Shown: in pieces, positions 9,033 through 19,811 of the stretch
Numbering within the stretch: the stretch's first letter is position 1
Layout of the letters: each line of letters starts with the position of its first letter
DNA from: Actinomycetes bacterium
Lineage (GTDB): Bacteria; Actinomycetota; Acidimicrobiia; Acidimicrobiales; Ilumatobacteraceae
NCBI GenBank assembly: GCA_031423915.1
Contig: JANPGL010000268.1
Coordinates: forward strand, 1 to 52,371
DNA length: 52,371 nucleotides
Reading direction: 5' to 3'
Made by a program: the position numbers and the translations under genes
Notes under the pieces: generated by a model
Databases searched by the model: none
What the model was told of the DNA's origin: nothing
What the model saw: only the letters and a program-made list of their open reading frames with translations

Positions 9033-9880
9033 CGGAGTGCGTCCGCCGCGGTGCGGCCCGCCTCGACGCGGTGCACGAAGTCGGCCACGACGCGGTTGAA
9101 CGTGCTGCCGTGCTCGACCATCAGGCCGTGGGCGGCGCCGGCGATGACGGCCAGCTCGGCGCCGGGGATGCGTTCGGCGATCTCCTCGCTGTCGCCGCGC
9201 GGCGTCAGGATGTCCTGGTTGCCCACGACCACGAGCGTCGGCACCTCGATGCCGGCGAGCTGCTCGGGCATGTCGCTGTCGTCGAGCGCCAGGATGGCCT
9301 GCACCTGCGATACGAACCCGTGCGCCGGCGCCCCCAGCAGCAGCGGCGCCATGAGACCGAGCGCCGGCGCGAAGCGGCGCAGCGAGCGCGGCCCCACCAT
9401 CCAGCGCATGGCCTGCTGACCGAGGGCGCGCATGCCCTGCGTCGAGGCGATGTCGGCCCAACCGAGCAGCAGCTCGCGGCGCCACTCGTGGTTGCGGCAG
9501 GCGGTGCACGCCAGCGTCAGCGAGGCGACGCGGTGCGGGTGGCGCACGGCCAGGATCTGGGCGATGGCCCCACCCATGGACGCACCGACGATGTGGGCCG
9601 ACGTCACCTCGGCCTCGTCCATCACGGCCACGACGTCGTCGGCCATGTCGAGCAGCGAGTAGGGCCCGGCCGGCTTGTCGCTCGAACCGGCGCCACGGTT
9701 GTCGAACAGGACGGTGCGGTGGCGCGGCGAGAACGCCAGCCGCTGCATCATCCACCCGGTGCGGTCGGCCCCGAGTCCCTGCACGAGCACCACGGGGGTG
9801 CGGCCGCGCCCCACCAGGGGCAGGGAAGGGATCGACTCGAACGAGAGGCGGGTGCCGTCGACGGCACGTGCGGTACCCAT
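9029..9880 (-). CDS. Alpha/beta fold hydrolase
   Basis: MGTARAVDGTRLSFES...VVLVQGLGADRTGW, nucleophile elbow GASMGG, C-terminal AAHGLMVEH. The start overlaps the stop of the upstream epimerase gene (TGATG). Confidence 0.85.
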   Translation of the reverse strand: MGTARAVDGTRLSFESIPSLPLVGRGRTPVVLVQGLGADRTGWMMQRLAFSPRHRTVLFDNRGAGSSDKPAGPYSLLDMADDVVAVMDEAEVTSAHIVGASMGGAIAQILAVRHPHRVASLTLACTACRNHEWRRELLLGWADIASTQGMRALGQQAMRWMVGPRSLRRFAPALGLMAPLLLGAPAHGFVSQVQAILALDDSDMPEQLAGIEVPTLVVVGNQDILTPRGDSEEIAERIPGAELAVIAGAAHGLMVEHGSTFNRVVADFVHRVEAGRTAADALR

Positions 9881-10866
9881 CACACGGCCCCCAGGGCGCT
9901 CGGCACCGAGTGGGTGACGCTGGGCCACTCGAACAGGTCGACGAGCGTGTCGCGGCTGGTGCGCAGCGGCAGGCCCAACGACGCCGCTTGCGACGTGTCG
10001 CCCAGGCGACCCTGGCGCAGCAGTTCGACCACGTGGTCCGGCACCGGTGCGCCGAAGATGTTGGCCACCAGGCGGGCCGAGTACCACCCGGGGCCGAACG
10101 TGGGCACCGGGATGCGCCGGCCCAGGCGGATGGCGTCGAGGGGGTTCATGTCGTCGTGGCCGCTCACGTTGAGCGGGCCGTCGTACTGGCGGGCGGCGGC
10201 CCACGCCAGTGCGGCGACGGCGTCGTCGAGGTGGGTGACGCTGAACGCGCCGCGGCCGCCTGGCTGGAACGGCACGGCGGGCAGGCGGAGCAGGCGCCCG
10301 AGCGGGCTCGGGATGTGCGGCCCGACGATGGGACCGAGCCGAAGGAGGGCGACCGGCACGTGGACTTCGCGGCCGGCGGTCAGCGCGGCCGACTCGACGT
10401 CGTACAGGATGCGCCCGAAGTGGGTCGTGGGTCGGGGCTTGACCGTCTCGTCGGGCCGGTCGACGTGGGTGCGGCCGCGCCCGTAGACCTCGAGGCCTGA
10501 GCGGACCACGATGCCCCGCAGCGTGCGCAGGCCCGCGGCGGCGACGAACACCCCGGCGGCAGCGTCGGCCGACCGGGCCGCCGCCGTGGCGTCGTTGGAG
10601 CGCGAACCGGGCTCGTACACGCCCAGGTGCACGATGACCTCGGGCTCGAGCGACCGCACCAGCTCCTCGGTGCGGCGACGGTCGTGCGGCGACACGAGGT
10701 GGAACCGGGCGCGGCGCAGGCGTCGGCGCGGTGGGCTGAGGTCGAAACCGTCGAGCTGACCCACCCACGGCTCGGACTCGAGGCGTGCGGCCAGGAGCGA
10801 GCCGATCTCGCCGCCCATCCCCGTGACGAGGACCCGCAGCCCTCCGTCGTGTCCGGTCGTTTCCAC
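9880..10866 (-). CDS. NAD-dependent epimerase/dehydratase family protein
   Basis: LRVLVTGMGGEIGSLLAARL Rossmann motif in a 328-aa ORF. First gene of a three-gene coupled operon. Confidence 0.8.
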   Translation of the reverse strand: METTGHDGGLRVLVTGMGGEIGSLLAARLESEPWVGQLDGFDLSPPRRRLRRARFHLVSPHDRRRTEELVRSLEPEVIVHLGVYEPGSRSNDATAAARSADAAAGVFVAAAGLRTLRGIVVRSGLEVYGRGRTHVDRPDETVKPRPTTHFGRILYDVESAALTAGREVHVPVALLRLGPIVGPHIPSPLGRLLRLPAVPFQPGGRGAFSVTHLDDAVAALAWAAARQYDGPLNVSGHDDMNPLDAIRLGRRIPVPTFGPGWYSARLVANIFGAPVPDHVVELLRQGRLGDTSQAASLGLPLRTSRDTLVDLFEWPSVTHSVPSALGAV

Positions 10867-11065
10867 CGGTCGGAACGCTACCGGTCGGCGTTCAATGTTG
10901 TCTCAAACGTCGACGGCACCACTCGGGTGACGGCTGCCGCGGGCCGACTCTCAAGGCATGGCGGAGTTCGCGTGGAGCCGACGGTGTGATCACGGCCGCC
11001 CCCGGCGGTCGTGTCCCGAGCACGGCGCGCTGACGCAACGGACGCGCCGCCTGCAGCGCGGCGCG

Positions 11066-12868
11066 ATGGTGCGGCTCGGTCTGGGCGCCGTGCTGCTGGG
11101 CTTCGTCACCGGCCTCCCGGTGCTGTCGGGCGTGTTCTCCCCCGCGTCCGAGGCGGCCGCGCCGGTGGCGTTGCAGGCGTTCCCGACGGGCACCCCGTGC
11201 ACGTACGAGGACTCGTGGCAGGCGCCGCGCGGCACCGACGCCAACGGAAAGGCGCTCTACCACGAGGGCGTCGACATCATCGCCAAGTCGGGAACGCCGA
11301 TCCTCGCCGGCGCCGCGGGGACGATCACCCGCATGAACTCGTCGAACCGGGGCGGGACGCAGCTGTACATCACGCTGCCCGACAAGACCTACCTGTTCCA
11401 CGCCCACCTGTCCGCCTACGCCGCGGGCCTGAAGGTGGGCGACGCCGTGGCCGCCGGCCAGCTCGTGGCCTACGTGGGCCAGACGGGCGACGCCAAGTAC
11501 TCGGTGCCGCACCTCCACTACGAGGTGCACCCGGGCGGGGGTGGCCCCGTCAACCCGTACCCGATCGTGAAGGCGGTCGACGGCTGCTACGGCAAGAAGC
11601 CCCCGGTCGTGACCACACCGACCACACCGACGACACCGACGACGCCGGCCACCACGGCGCCGGGGCGGCGCGGCAGCACGACGGTCGGCACGATCGGCGG
11701 CTCCGTCGTGCGCGGCGGTTCCGGCGGAACCGCGCCGCCGCCGCCCGACACCTCGGCGCCGCCCACGCCCGAGCCGCCGACCACACCGGTCGTGATCGGC
11801 GAGCCCGGCGGCCTGGTGCCGTTGGCGCCGAGCCGGCTGGCCGACAGCCGCGGTCGCTTCTGGCTCCACCGCCAGGCGGGCGCCGAGATCCAGCCCCTCA
11901 CGGTCGCCGGCCGCGGCGGTGTCGCCACCGACGCCCGCTCGGCCTTCCTGACCTTCACCGTGGCCAACCCCACCTCGGCCGGCTTCCTGTCGGCGTTCCC
12001 GTGCGGCGGCACCGCGCCCGCCACGTCGACGGTGAACTTCGTGGCCGGTCAGACCGTCTCCAACTCGGCCCTCGTCGGTCTCGGGGTGTCGGGGTCGGGC
12101 CAGGGCAAGGTGTGCATCCGCACCAACGTGGCCACCGACGTCCTCGTCGACGTCGGCGCCTACGCCTCGACCGCCGGCCCGCTCGGCTTCGTGCCGCAGG
12201 AGCCGCGCCGCCTCGTCGACACCCGCGGGACAGGCGCCGTGGTGCCGGGGACGATCCTCCAGGTCGGGGTCAACGGGGGCGGCGCCGGCGCCGTGACCGT
12301 GAACGTCACGTCGGTCGACGCCGACGGCCCGGGCACCGTCACCGTGTGGCCGTGCTCGCAGGCGCAGCCGACCTCGCCGAGCCTCACGGTCGGTGGCGGC
12401 GACATCGTCCCGAACACGGCCACGGTCGGCCTCGGCGCCGAGGACGCCCTGTGCGTGGCCACGACGGTGGCCACCGACGTCGTCCTCGATCTCATGGGCA
12501 CCTGGCAGGCGGGCGGCATACGACCGGCCGCGGTCAGCCCGGTGCGCCTGCTCGACACGCGCTCGGGCGGCACGCGGGTGGCCGCCGGCACGGTCGTCAC
12601 CATCCCGGTGGCGGGCGCGGCGGGCCTGCCTGCCGACGCCACGGGCGCCCAGGTGAACATCACGTCGGTCGACACGACGGCCGACGGCTACATCACCGTG
12701 TGGCCGTGCGGACAGGCCCGGCCGACCGCGTCGAACCTGAACCCGGTGGCCGGGCGCATCCTGGCCAACGGCGCGTTGGTCGGCCTCGGCACGCAGGGAA
12801 CCGTGTGCGTCTACTCACACTCGTCGACCCACCTGGTGATCGACGTGACCGGCGTGCTCGTGCCCTGA
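11066..12868 (+). CDS. Secreted M23 (LytM-type) metallopeptidase with Pro/Thr linker and three C-terminal copies of an uncharacterised domain
   Basis: Signal-like [33 protein letters not shown]23 motifs HEGVD (HxxxD) and PHLHYEV (HxH). [15 protein letters not shown] linker. Three ~105-115 aa repeats each contain (W/F)PC...VC...D(V/L). The start could lie upstream in the same ORF (opens at 10958). Confidence 0.85.
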   Translation: MVRLGLGAVLLGFVTGLPVLSGVFSPASEAAAPVALQAFPTGTPCTYEDSWQAPRGTDANGKALYHEGVDIIAKSGTPILAGAAGTITRMNSSNRGGTQLYITLPDKTYLFHAHLSAYAAGLKVGDAVAAGQLVAYVGQTGDAKYSVPHLHYEVHPGGGGPVNPYPIVKAVDGCYGKKPPVVTTPTTPTTPTTPATTAPGRRGSTTVGTIGGSVVRGGSGGTAPPPPDTSAPPTPEPPTTPVVIGEPGGLVPLAPSRLADSRGRFWLHRQAGAEIQPLTVAGRGGVATDARSAFLTFTVANPTSAGFLSAFPCGGTAPATSTVNFVAGQTVSNSALVGLGVSGSGQGKVCIRTNVATDVLVDVGAYASTAGPLGFVPQEPRRLVDTRGTGAVVPGTILQVGVNGGGAGAVTVNVTSVDADGPGTVTVWPCSQAQPTSPSLTVGGGDIVPNTATVGLGAEDALCVATTVATDVVLDLMGTWQAGGIRPAAVSPVRLLDTRSGGTRVAAGTVVTIPVAGAAGLPADATGAQVNITSVDTTADGYITVWPCGQARPTASNLNPVAGRILANGALVGLGTQGTVCVYSHSSTHLVIDVTGVLVP

Positions 12869-12957
12869 ACGTGACCTTCGCCCGGCCGGACGAACGTGCC
12901 CGGCGCCCCGGCGCACCCGTAGAGTCCGCTCCGCGCGACCGACGACAGGGGACCGGC

Positions 12958-13923
12958 ATGGCGATGGAGTATCGAAGGCTCGGACGATCGGGACTGCAGG
13001 TCAGCGTCCTCTCGTTCGGCTCGTGGGTCACGTTCGGCACCCAGCTCGACACGGGCCTGGCGCGCGACTGCATCGGCGCCGCCGTGGCCGCCGGCTGCAA
13101 CTTCTTCGACAACGCCGAGGCGTACGCCGGGGGCGAGTCGGAGCGGATCATGGGCGAGGCCATCGCCGAGCTCGGCCTCGAGCGCGAGTCGTACGTCATC
13201 TCCACGAAGTTCTACTGGGGCCTCGGATCCGGCCCGAACCGCAAGAACACGCTGAACCGCAAGTACCTGCTGTCGGCCATCGACGGCTCGCTCGAACGCA
13301 TGGGCCTCGACTACATCGACCTCGTCTTCTGCCATCGGGCCGACCCGAACACGCCGATCGAGGAGACGGTGTGGGCGATGCACGACATGATCGAGCGCGG
13401 CGCCGCCCTGTACTGGGGCACGTCGGAGTGGACGGCCGACGAGATCCGTGCCGCCATCGAGATCGCCGAGCGCCACCACCTGCGCAAGCCCGTGATGGAG
13501 CAGCCCCAGTACAACCTGCTGGAGCGCCGCCGGGTCGAGAAGGAGTACGCCCGCCTCTACGAGGACCACGGCCTCGGCACCACGATCTGGAGCCCCCTGG
13601 CGTCGGGCCTGCTCACCGGCAAGTACATCGACGGCGTGCCCGAGGGCTCGCGTGCCGACCTGCCCGGGTACGAGTGGTTGAGGCCGCGCCTCACCGACAC
13701 CAACAGCACCGCCAAGGTGACGGGCATCAAAGCGGTGGCCGACCGGCTCGGCGTGCCCATGGCGCAGCTCGCCATCGCCTGGTGCGCCAAGAACCCCAAC
13801 GTGTCGACGGTGATCACCGGCGCCAGCCGGCCCGAGCAGGTCGTGCAGAACTTCGGTGCGCTCGACGTCATGCCGCTGCTCACCCCCGAGGTGATGGCGG
13901 AGCTCGACCGGATCACCCGGTAA
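12958..13923 (+). CDS. Aldo/keto reductase (Kv-beta/Tas-like)
   Basis: [56 protein letters not shown]. Only the last third of the 970-aa ORF in this frame is credible. Confidence 0.92.
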   Translation: MAMEYRRLGRSGLQVSVLSFGSWVTFGTQLDTGLARDCIGAAVAAGCNFFDNAEAYAGGESERIMGEAIAELGLERESYVISTKFYWGLGSGPNRKNTLNRKYLLSAIDGSLERMGLDYIDLVFCHRADPNTPIEETVWAMHDMIERGAALYWGTSEWTADEIRAAIEIAERHHLRKPVMEQPQYNLLERRRVEKEYARLYEDHGLGTTIWSPLASGLLTGKYIDGVPEGSRADLPGYEWLRPRLTDTNSTAKVTGIKAVADRLGVPMAQLAIAWCAKNPNVSTVITGASRPEQVVQNFGALDVMPLLTPEVMAELDRITR

Positions 13924-13930
13924 ACCCGCC

Positions 13931-15424
13931 GTGACGAGCCCCATCGCCGCTTCGGCCGGTCGGCTGCCCGGCCGACTCACCTACAAGCACGTGGTCGCCG
14001 TGGCCTTCGTGCTCGGGCTGTTCATGGACATCCTCGACACGACGATCGTGAACGTGGCGCTCCCCGACCTCGCCCGCGAGTTCAACGCCTCCACGAACAC
14101 CATCGAATGGGTGGTCACCGGCTACCTGCTCAGCCTGGCGTTGTGGATCCCGGCCTCGGGCTGGCTGGGCGACCGGTTCGGCACGAAGAAGGTGTTCATC
14201 TTCGCGCTGGTCATGTTCACGCTCGCCTCGGCGTTGTGCGGGGCGGCCTGGAACATCGAGAGCCTGGTGGCCTTCCGCGTCCTGCAGGGTGTGGGCGGCG
14301 GCATGCTGACCCCGGTCGGCACGGCCATGCTCTACCGGGCCTACCCGCCCGAGGAGCGGGCCCGGGCGTCGTCGATCCTGTCGATGGTGACGGTGCTGGC
14401 ACCGGCCATCGGTCCGGTGCTCGGCGGTGTCCTCGTCGAGAAGGCGTCGTGGCGGTGGATCTTCTACGTGAACCTGCCCATCGGTGTCGTCGGTGTGGTG
14501 TTCTCGGCGCTCTACCTGCGTGAGCATCGGGAGCCTTCCGCTCTCGGCTTCGACGTCTACGGCTTCCTGCTGGCCGGCGGGGCGCTCGCCGCGCTCCTCT
14601 TCGGGTTGGCCGAGGGACCGTCGAAGGGCTGGGCGTCCACGATCGTCATCGGGTCGCTGGCGGCCGGCGCCGTGCTGGCGGTGGCGTTGGTGATGGTGGA
14701 GCTGCGGGTGCCCAACCCGATGCTCGACCTGCGCCTGCTGGCGGCCCGGTCGTTCCGGACGCCGAACCTGGTGTCGTTCGCGTCGTACGGCTCGCTCATC
14801 GGCGTGCTGTTCCTCCTGCCCCAGTACCTGCAGGGTCCCCGCGGCCTCAGCCCGATCGAATCGGGCCTGACGACGTTCCCGCAGGCGTTCGGCGTGCTGA
14901 TCATGGCCCGGTTGGTGGGCGCCAAGCTGTATCCGATCGTCGGCCCCCGGCGCCTGGCCATGCTCGGCACGGGTGGCGTGGCGGTCGTGACGTCGATGTT
15001 CCTGTTCGTCGGGCTCGAGACCAGCCCGTGGTGGATCCGCCTCCTCATGTTCTCGCGCGGCCTGTGCATCGGCTTCGTGTTCATCCCGGTTCAGGCCGCG
15101 GCGTTCGCCCGGGTGCCGTTGCCCTCCACCGGCCGGGCGTCGGCCCTGTTCCAGGTGCAGCGCCAGGTCGGTGCCGCCGTCGGCGTGGCCGTGCTGGCCA
15201 CGGTGTACGTCGAGCGGCTGAAGGCCTACGGCGTCTCGACGCGTGGCGGCGGTGCGGCGGCGGCCGGCGTGGCCACCGGCTGGACGAAGGCGTTCCACCA
15301 GTCCGTCGCGGTGGCCGCGGTGCTGGGTGTGGTCGCCATGGCTGCGGCGTTCTTCATCAACGACGACGACGCCGCGCCCACCATGAGGCGGACGCCCAAG
15401 AAGACCGTCGGCAACCCCGCCTGA
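13931..15424 (+). CDS. MFS transporter, DHA2 (EmrB/QacA, 14-TMS) drug-efflux family
   Basis: FMDILDTTIVNVALPDLAREF, GWLGDRFGTKKVF, VLQGVGGGMLTP motifs; 497 aa. Confidence 0.92.
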   Translation: MTSPIAASAGRLPGRLTYKHVVAVAFVLGLFMDILDTTIVNVALPDLAREFNASTNTIEWVVTGYLLSLALWIPASGWLGDRFGTKKVFIFALVMFTLASALCGAAWNIESLVAFRVLQGVGGGMLTPVGTAMLYRAYPPEERARASSILSMVTVLAPAIGPVLGGVLVEKASWRWIFYVNLPIGVVGVVFSALYLREHREPSALGFDVYGFLLAGGALAALLFGLAEGPSKGWASTIVIGSLAAGAVLAVALVMVELRVPNPMLDLRLLAARSFRTPNLVSFASYGSLIGVLFLLPQYLQGPRGLSPIESGLTTFPQAFGVLIMARLVGAKLYPIVGPRRLAMLGTGGVAVVTSMFLFVGLETSPWWIRLLMFSRGLCIGFVFIPVQAAAFARVPLPSTGRASALFQVQRQVGAAVGVAVLATVYVERLKAYGVSTRGGGAAAAGVATGWTKAFHQSVAVAAVLGVVAMAAAFFINDDDAAPTMRRTPKKTVGNPA

Positions 15425-15518
15425 CCCGCCCGGGCCGGCATCAGGCATCCGAGGGTGCGGCCGGAGGTGCCCCGCCCCTAGGCTCGCAGGAACGACGGAC
15501 GGTCCAGGAGGAATCGCC

Positions 15519-17279
15519 ATGCTCGACTACGTGATCCGCGGCGGCACGATCGTGGACGGCACCGGCTCAACGGGCGTCGTCGGCGACGTGAGCGTGCAGG
15601 ACGGCAAGCTCGTCCAGGTGGGCGGCACCGTCACCGACGCGACGCGCCAGACGATCGACGCCGCCGGCGCCATCGTCACGCCGGGCTGGGTCGACGTGCA
15701 CACCCACTACGACGGTCAGGTGTCGTGGGACGACGCCATGGACCCCTCCGCCGGCAACGGCGCCACCACGATCGTGATGGGCAACTGCGGCGTCGGCTTC
15801 GCCCCCGTGCGACCGGGCCAGGAGAAGACCCTCATCGAGCTGATGGAGGGTGTGGAGGACATCCCCGGAACCGCGCTCTACGAGGGCATCGAGTGGGGGC
15901 GGTGGGAGAGCTTCGCCGACTACATGGACTACATCTCGTCCCGGTCGTACGCCCTCGACATCGGCGCCCAGATCGCCCACGGAGCGGTGCGCTACTACGT
16001 GATGGGCGAGCGCGGCGCCGCCAACGAGGACGCCACGGCCCACGACATGGCCGAGATGGCCCGGCTGGTGGCCGAGGCCATCGATGCCGGCGCGCTCGGC
16101 TTCTCGACCTCGCGCACCATCGGCCACCGCTCGCTGTGGGGCGCGCCGGTGCCCGGCACGTTCGCAGCCGACGAGGAGCTGCTGGCCATCGCCCGCGCCA
16201 TGGGCGGCGTCGGCAAGGGCGTGTTCGAGATGATCCCGGCCGGCACGGTGGGCAAGCTCGAGGCGCTCGGCGGCGAACGGACGACCCCCGAGGACGAGCT
16301 CGATCTGATGGACCGGGTGTCGCGCGCCGGCGGTCGTCCGGTGACCTTCACCCTCGTCCAGTCGCCCGACTACGCGCCCGACACGTGGCGCAAGCTTCTC
16401 GCCGCCACGCTCGAAGCCAACGCGACGGGCGCCAGGCTGTACCCGCAGGTGTCGTCGCGCCCGATCGGGCTGGTCACCGGGCTCACCGGCTACCACGCGT
16501 TCCAGCGCCGCCCCACCTACATGGCCATGGCGCACCTGCCGCTGGCCGAGCGCGTGCGCGAGATGGCCAAGCCCGAGGTGAAGGCCGCCATCCTGGCCGA
16601 GCCCGACGTGCGCGTGGAAGAGCCGGGCTCGATGGCCAACGTGTACGGCCTCATGCAGCGCGCCGCGCTGATCGTGTACCCGCTGGCCGACCCGGTGAAC
16701 TACGAGCCGGAGTGGAGCGACAGCCTGGGTGCCCGTGCCGCGGCGCGGGGCGAGGACATCCTGTCGGTCCTCTACGACTTCCTGCTGGAGGACGAGGGCC
16801 GTGCCGTCGGGTCCCTGATGGGCGGCGGCGACGTCAACGCCGCGCAGGACGTGGTGCGCGAGATGCTGGCCCACCCGGCCACGGTGACGGGCCTGTCCGA
16901 CGCCGGCGCCCACGTGACGCTGATCTGCGACGCCTCGATGCCCACGACCCAGCTGGCGTTCTGGGCCCGCGACCGCCGGCGCGGCGAGCAGCTGCCGCTG
17001 GAGTTCCTGGTCCACAAGCAGACGGCGCGCAACGCCGCGCTCTACGGCCTGGCCGACCGCGGCACCTTGGCGCCCGGGCTGCGCGCCGACGTGAACGTCA
17101 TCGACCTCGATCGCCTGTCGGTGGCCCCGCCCAAAGCGCACCGCGACCTGCCGGCCGGCGGCACCCGCCTCATCCAGCCGGTCACGGGTTACGTGGCCAC
17201 GCTGGTCAACGGCGTGTGCACCCGGGCGAACGACGCCGACACGGGCGAGCGCCCGGGCCGCCTGGTCCGCAGCCGCTAG
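15519..17279 (+). CDS. N-acyl-D-amino-acid deacylase (D-aminoacylase) family amidohydrolase
   Basis: [16 protein letters not shown]...[12 protein letters not shown]...[10 protein letters not shown]. 586 aa, typical of this family. Confidence 0.88.
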   Translation: MLDYVIRGGTIVDGTGSTGVVGDVSVQDGKLVQVGGTVTDATRQTIDAAGAIVTPGWVDVHTHYDGQVSWDDAMDPSAGNGATTIVMGNCGVGFAPVRPGQEKTLIELMEGVEDIPGTALYEGIEWGRWESFADYMDYISSRSYALDIGAQIAHGAVRYYVMGERGAANEDATAHDMAEMARLVAEAIDAGALGFSTSRTIGHRSLWGAPVPGTFAADEELLAIARAMGGVGKGVFEMIPAGTVGKLEALGGERTTPEDELDLMDRVSRAGGRPVTFTLVQSPDYAPDTWRKLLAATLEANATGARLYPQVSSRPIGLVTGLTGYHAFQRRPTYMAMAHLPLAERVREMAKPEVKAAILAEPDVRVEEPGSMANVYGLMQRAALIVYPLADPVNYEPEWSDSLGARAAARGEDILSVLYDFLLEDEGRAVGSLMGGGDVNAAQDVVREMLAHPATVTGLSDAGAHVTLICDASMPTTQLAFWARDRRRGEQLPLEFLVHKQTARNAALYGLADRGTLAPGLRADVNVIDLDRLSVAPPKAHRDLPAGGTRLIQPVTGYVATLVNGVCTRANDADTGERPGRLVRSR

Positions 17280-17295
17280 GCAGCGACGCCGGGGC

Positions 17296-17808
17296 TCAGT
17301 GGGGCAGGTCGGGGGCCATCGACACGACGGCGCGGCCGAACGGCTCGAGCTGACGGCCGACGAGGCGCTCGATGACCGAGATGCACTGGGCGCCCTCGGT
17401 CACGAGGCCCGACCAGCGGATGAAGCCACCCATGACCCCGGCGATGCGGTCCCCCACCTCTTCGGTGTGGACGATCACCTTGGTGTCCTGGCCCATCAGC
17501 CCCTGCAGCTCGCGGTACAGCGGCGGCAGCACCTCGCGCGGGTCGTCCCACGGCGCGAAGGGGCGATGCAGGTACGGCACGCCCAGCTCGTCGTAGTTGT
17601 GGAGGTTGTGCGGCGACGGGATCATCGAGATCACGCAGCCGAACCCCTGCTCACGGATCCAGATGATCTCTTCTTGCCGACGGACGCGACGATGGTTGTT
17701 GCCGTAGCCGTCCGGACGTTCGCACACCGCGAGGCGGTCCTTGATGATCCAAGCGAAGCTGCGGGGCTGGATCCCCTGTGCCCATTTGCCCTTCAGCCGC
17801 GGTGCCAT
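17296..17808 (-). CDS. Dual-specificity/tyrosine phosphatase-like protein with the catalytic Cys replaced (HTEEVGDR instead of HCxxGxxR)
   Basis: The DSP-like layout is GFGCVISM..YDELGVPYLHRPFAPWDD..KVIVHTEEVGDRIAGVMGGFI. The gene lies 12 nt downstream of the tilS stop. Family assignment rests on motif layout only. Confidence 0.5.
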   Translation of the reverse strand: MAPRLKGKWAQGIQPRSFAWIIKDRLAVCERPDGYGNNHRRVRRQEEIIWIREQGFGCVISMIPSPHNLHNYDELGVPYLHRPFAPWDDPREVLPPLYRELQGLMGQDTKVIVHTEEVGDRIAGVMGGFIRWSGLVTEGAQCISVIERLVGRQLEPFGRAVVSMAPDLPH

Positions 17809-17820
17809 GTTGCGGCGATT

Positions 17821-18714
17821 CTACGCTAAGCCAGCCTTCAACACCGTAAGTCTCTGTTGGTGGCGCTCCACGCGCACACCGCCCGCGATCTCGCAGCTGC
17901 GCACGTCACCCGCGGCGACGGCGAGAACCCGCGTCACCGCGTCGGCGTCGGGTGGGTAACCGCCCAGGTGAGGGGCCAGCCAGGCACGCACGGCGCGCCG
18001 CGCCAACGCCACCGGGGCGACCGCCAGCACGGGCGCGTCGGTGACGTCGAGCGCACCCGCCAGCTCGTCGAGCAGCGAGGCGTCGTCGCGCAGGAGCGCG
18101 GCCTGGCGGGCGAGCACGGCCGCCACGTCGCGGTCCGCGAGGCGATCGAGGAGCGGCAGCAGCTCGTGGCGGACCCGGTTGCGGCGGTGGACCGGATCGA
18201 GGTTCGACGGATCGGCCACCGGCGCCAGGCCGAGGACGTCGCACAACGCCACGGTCTCGGCCCGACGCAGGCCGAGCAACGGATGACGGTCGGCGCGCAT
18301 GCCGGCCAGGCCGTCGAGCCCCGCGCCGCGCAGCAGGTTGAGGAGCACGGTCTCGGCCTGGTCGTCCGCGGTGTGCCCGGTGAGCGCGTCCGCCGGCAAC
18401 ACGGCGTAGCGGGCCGCCCGGGCCCGCGCCTCCAGGTTGGGCCCGCGAGCGACGGTCACCCGTTCGGCCCGGAAGCCCGCCCCGAGACGGGACGCCGCAT
18501 CGGCCACCACGTCGGCCTCGGCCGCCGATCCGGGCCGAAGCCCGTGGTCGACGTGGACCGCCGTGGCGGTGCAGCCGGCCCGCACGGCCAGCGCCAGCAA
18601 CGCCAGCGAGTCGGCGCCGCCCGACACCGCGCAGGCCACGACCGCGCCGGACGGCGGGAAGGTGCAGCGGGTCAGCAGGTCGTCGGCCAGGCGGCTGGCG
18701 TCAGACGACCACAC
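17821..18714 (-). CDS. tilS: tRNA(Ile)-lysidine synthetase
   Basis: PP-loop VVACAVSGGADSLALL, followed by HVDHGLRPGS. The start is one of GTG 18714, 18720 or 18723 and overlaps the upstream gene end at 18701. Confidence 0.9.
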   Translation of the reverse strand: MWSSDASRLADDLLTRCTFPPSGAVVACAVSGGADSLALLALAVRAGCTATAVHVDHGLRPGSAAEADVVADAASRLGAGFRAERVTVARGPNLEARARAARYAVLPADALTGHTADDQAETVLLNLLRGAGLDGLAGMRADRHPLLGLRRAETVALCDVLGLAPVADPSNLDPVHRRNRVRHELLPLLDRLADRDVAAVLARQAALLRDDASLLDELAGALDVTDAPVLAVAPVALARRAVRAWLAPHLGGYPPDADAVTRVLAVAAGDVRSCEIAGGVRVERHQQRLTVLKAGLA

Positions 18715-19792
18715 GCGCACCACCGACCCGGGCGAGCCACGCCTCGGGCCGACGGATCTCGTCGAGCGTCGGCAACCGGTCGACGCCCTCCCAGCACCGA
18801 TCGACGGCCCGCGGTCCCAACGCGTCCTCGATGGCGGCCAGGAACGCCTCACCCTGGGCGTACTGGTTGAGCTTGGCCTCGAGGCCGAGCAGCTTCTGCG
18901 CCAGCAGGACGAGCGGGGCCTGCTGCTTGCGCCGCTCGCGCAGCACCCGGGCGAAGCGTTCGGCCGACGGCACGTGGCCCTCGCCGGCGCGGTCCATGGT
19001 CACGTCGCCATGGCCTTCGAGCAGGGCCATCAGGCCCCCGATCTGGCCGAGCACCTCCCGCTGGGCCGGCGAGGCCAGCACGGCGGCGATGCCCCCCTCG
19101 TCGAACGCCTTCATGCCGTCGCGCCGGATCGTGCGCATGCCCTGCCCGAGCACCTCGGTGAGGCCTCGGGCGTCGGGCGCGGCGAGCTGCAGCGACTGCT
19201 CGATGAGCGACAGGTAGTGATCGCGCATGAAGGGCACGCCGGTGAACTGGGCCCGGTGGGTCACCTCGTGGAGGCAGAGCCACAGGCGGAACTCGCGAGG
19301 GGGGAAGCCGAACCGCTTCTCGAGCGAGAGCAGGTTGGGACCGACGACGAACACGGTGTCGCCGGCCGCCGCGCCCTCGGGATCGGCCACCAGCAGGTCG
19401 TACTGGCCGAGGACCCGCTTCGACATCCAGCCGAGCAGGGTCCCGATCTCGGCGCCGGCGGCGACGCGTGTGGCGTGGCGGGCGATCGACCCCCCGGGTC
19501 CTGCGGAACCGAGCTTCTCGGTCCAGCGGTCGAGGTGCGGCCCGAGCAGCCGTTGGAAGGCCGCGATGTTGGCCCGCACCCAGCCGGCCCGGTCGACGAC
19601 GACGGCGTTGGCCGGACCGTGCACCGAACGCAGGCCGGTCACGTCGGCGACGAGTGCCTCGGCCAACGGGACGAGCTCGGCGACGTCGGGGCCGAGGGAA
19701 TCGGCGTGGTACGAACGCGACAGCTCGTCGTGACCCGCGACCTTGATCGCCACCCGTTCGGCCAGGGCCCAGTCGACCGGTCCCGCGGCCAT
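18701..19792 (-). CDS. Zinc-dependent metalloprotease (DUF2342 family, commonly found upstream of tilS in actinobacteria)
   Basis: HExxH motif as LHEVTHRAQF. 363 aa. Synteny with tilS matches the Rv3626c/Rv3625c-type arrangement, recalled from memory. Confidence 0.8.
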   Translation of the reverse strand: MAAGPVDWALAERVAIKVAGHDELSRSYHADSLGPDVAELVPLAEALVADVTGLRSVHGPANAVVVDRAGWVRANIAAFQRLLGPHLDRWTEKLGSAGPGGSIARHATRVAAGAEIGTLLGWMSKRVLGQYDLLVADPEGAAAGDTVFVVGPNLLSLEKRFGFPPREFRLWLCLHEVTHRAQFTGVPFMRDHYLSLIEQSLQLAAPDARGLTEVLGQGMRTIRRDGMKAFDEGGIAAVLASPAQREVLGQIGGLMALLEGHGDVTMDRAGEGHVPSAERFARVLRERRKQQAPLVLLAQKLLGLEAKLNQYAQGEAFLAAIEDALGPRAVDRCWEGVDRLPTLDEIRRPEAWLARVGGARVVV

Positions 19793-19811
19793 GGCGGCGA
19801 GCGCCTCGGCC

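Noticed and set aside
10867-11065. Possible cyclic-di-AMP (ydaO-type) riboswitch in the ~200-nt region upstream of the M23 peptidase. Such riboswitches often precede actinobacterial cell-wall hydrolases.
   Set aside because: I could not find the pseudo-two-fold conserved ydaO elements. I saw only generic GC-rich stems such as UCGGG...CCCGA. The region is also covered by the open frame starting at 10958, so part may be coding.
11011-13923. 970-aa plus-strand ORF, and likewise the 1047-aa ORF at 22660-25803 and the 736-aa ORF at 34901-37111.
   Set aside because: Only the 3' parts are credible: the AKR from 12958, LtrA from 24454, and the aminotransferase up to its start at 36301. The 5' parts overlap other well-supported genes in different frames.
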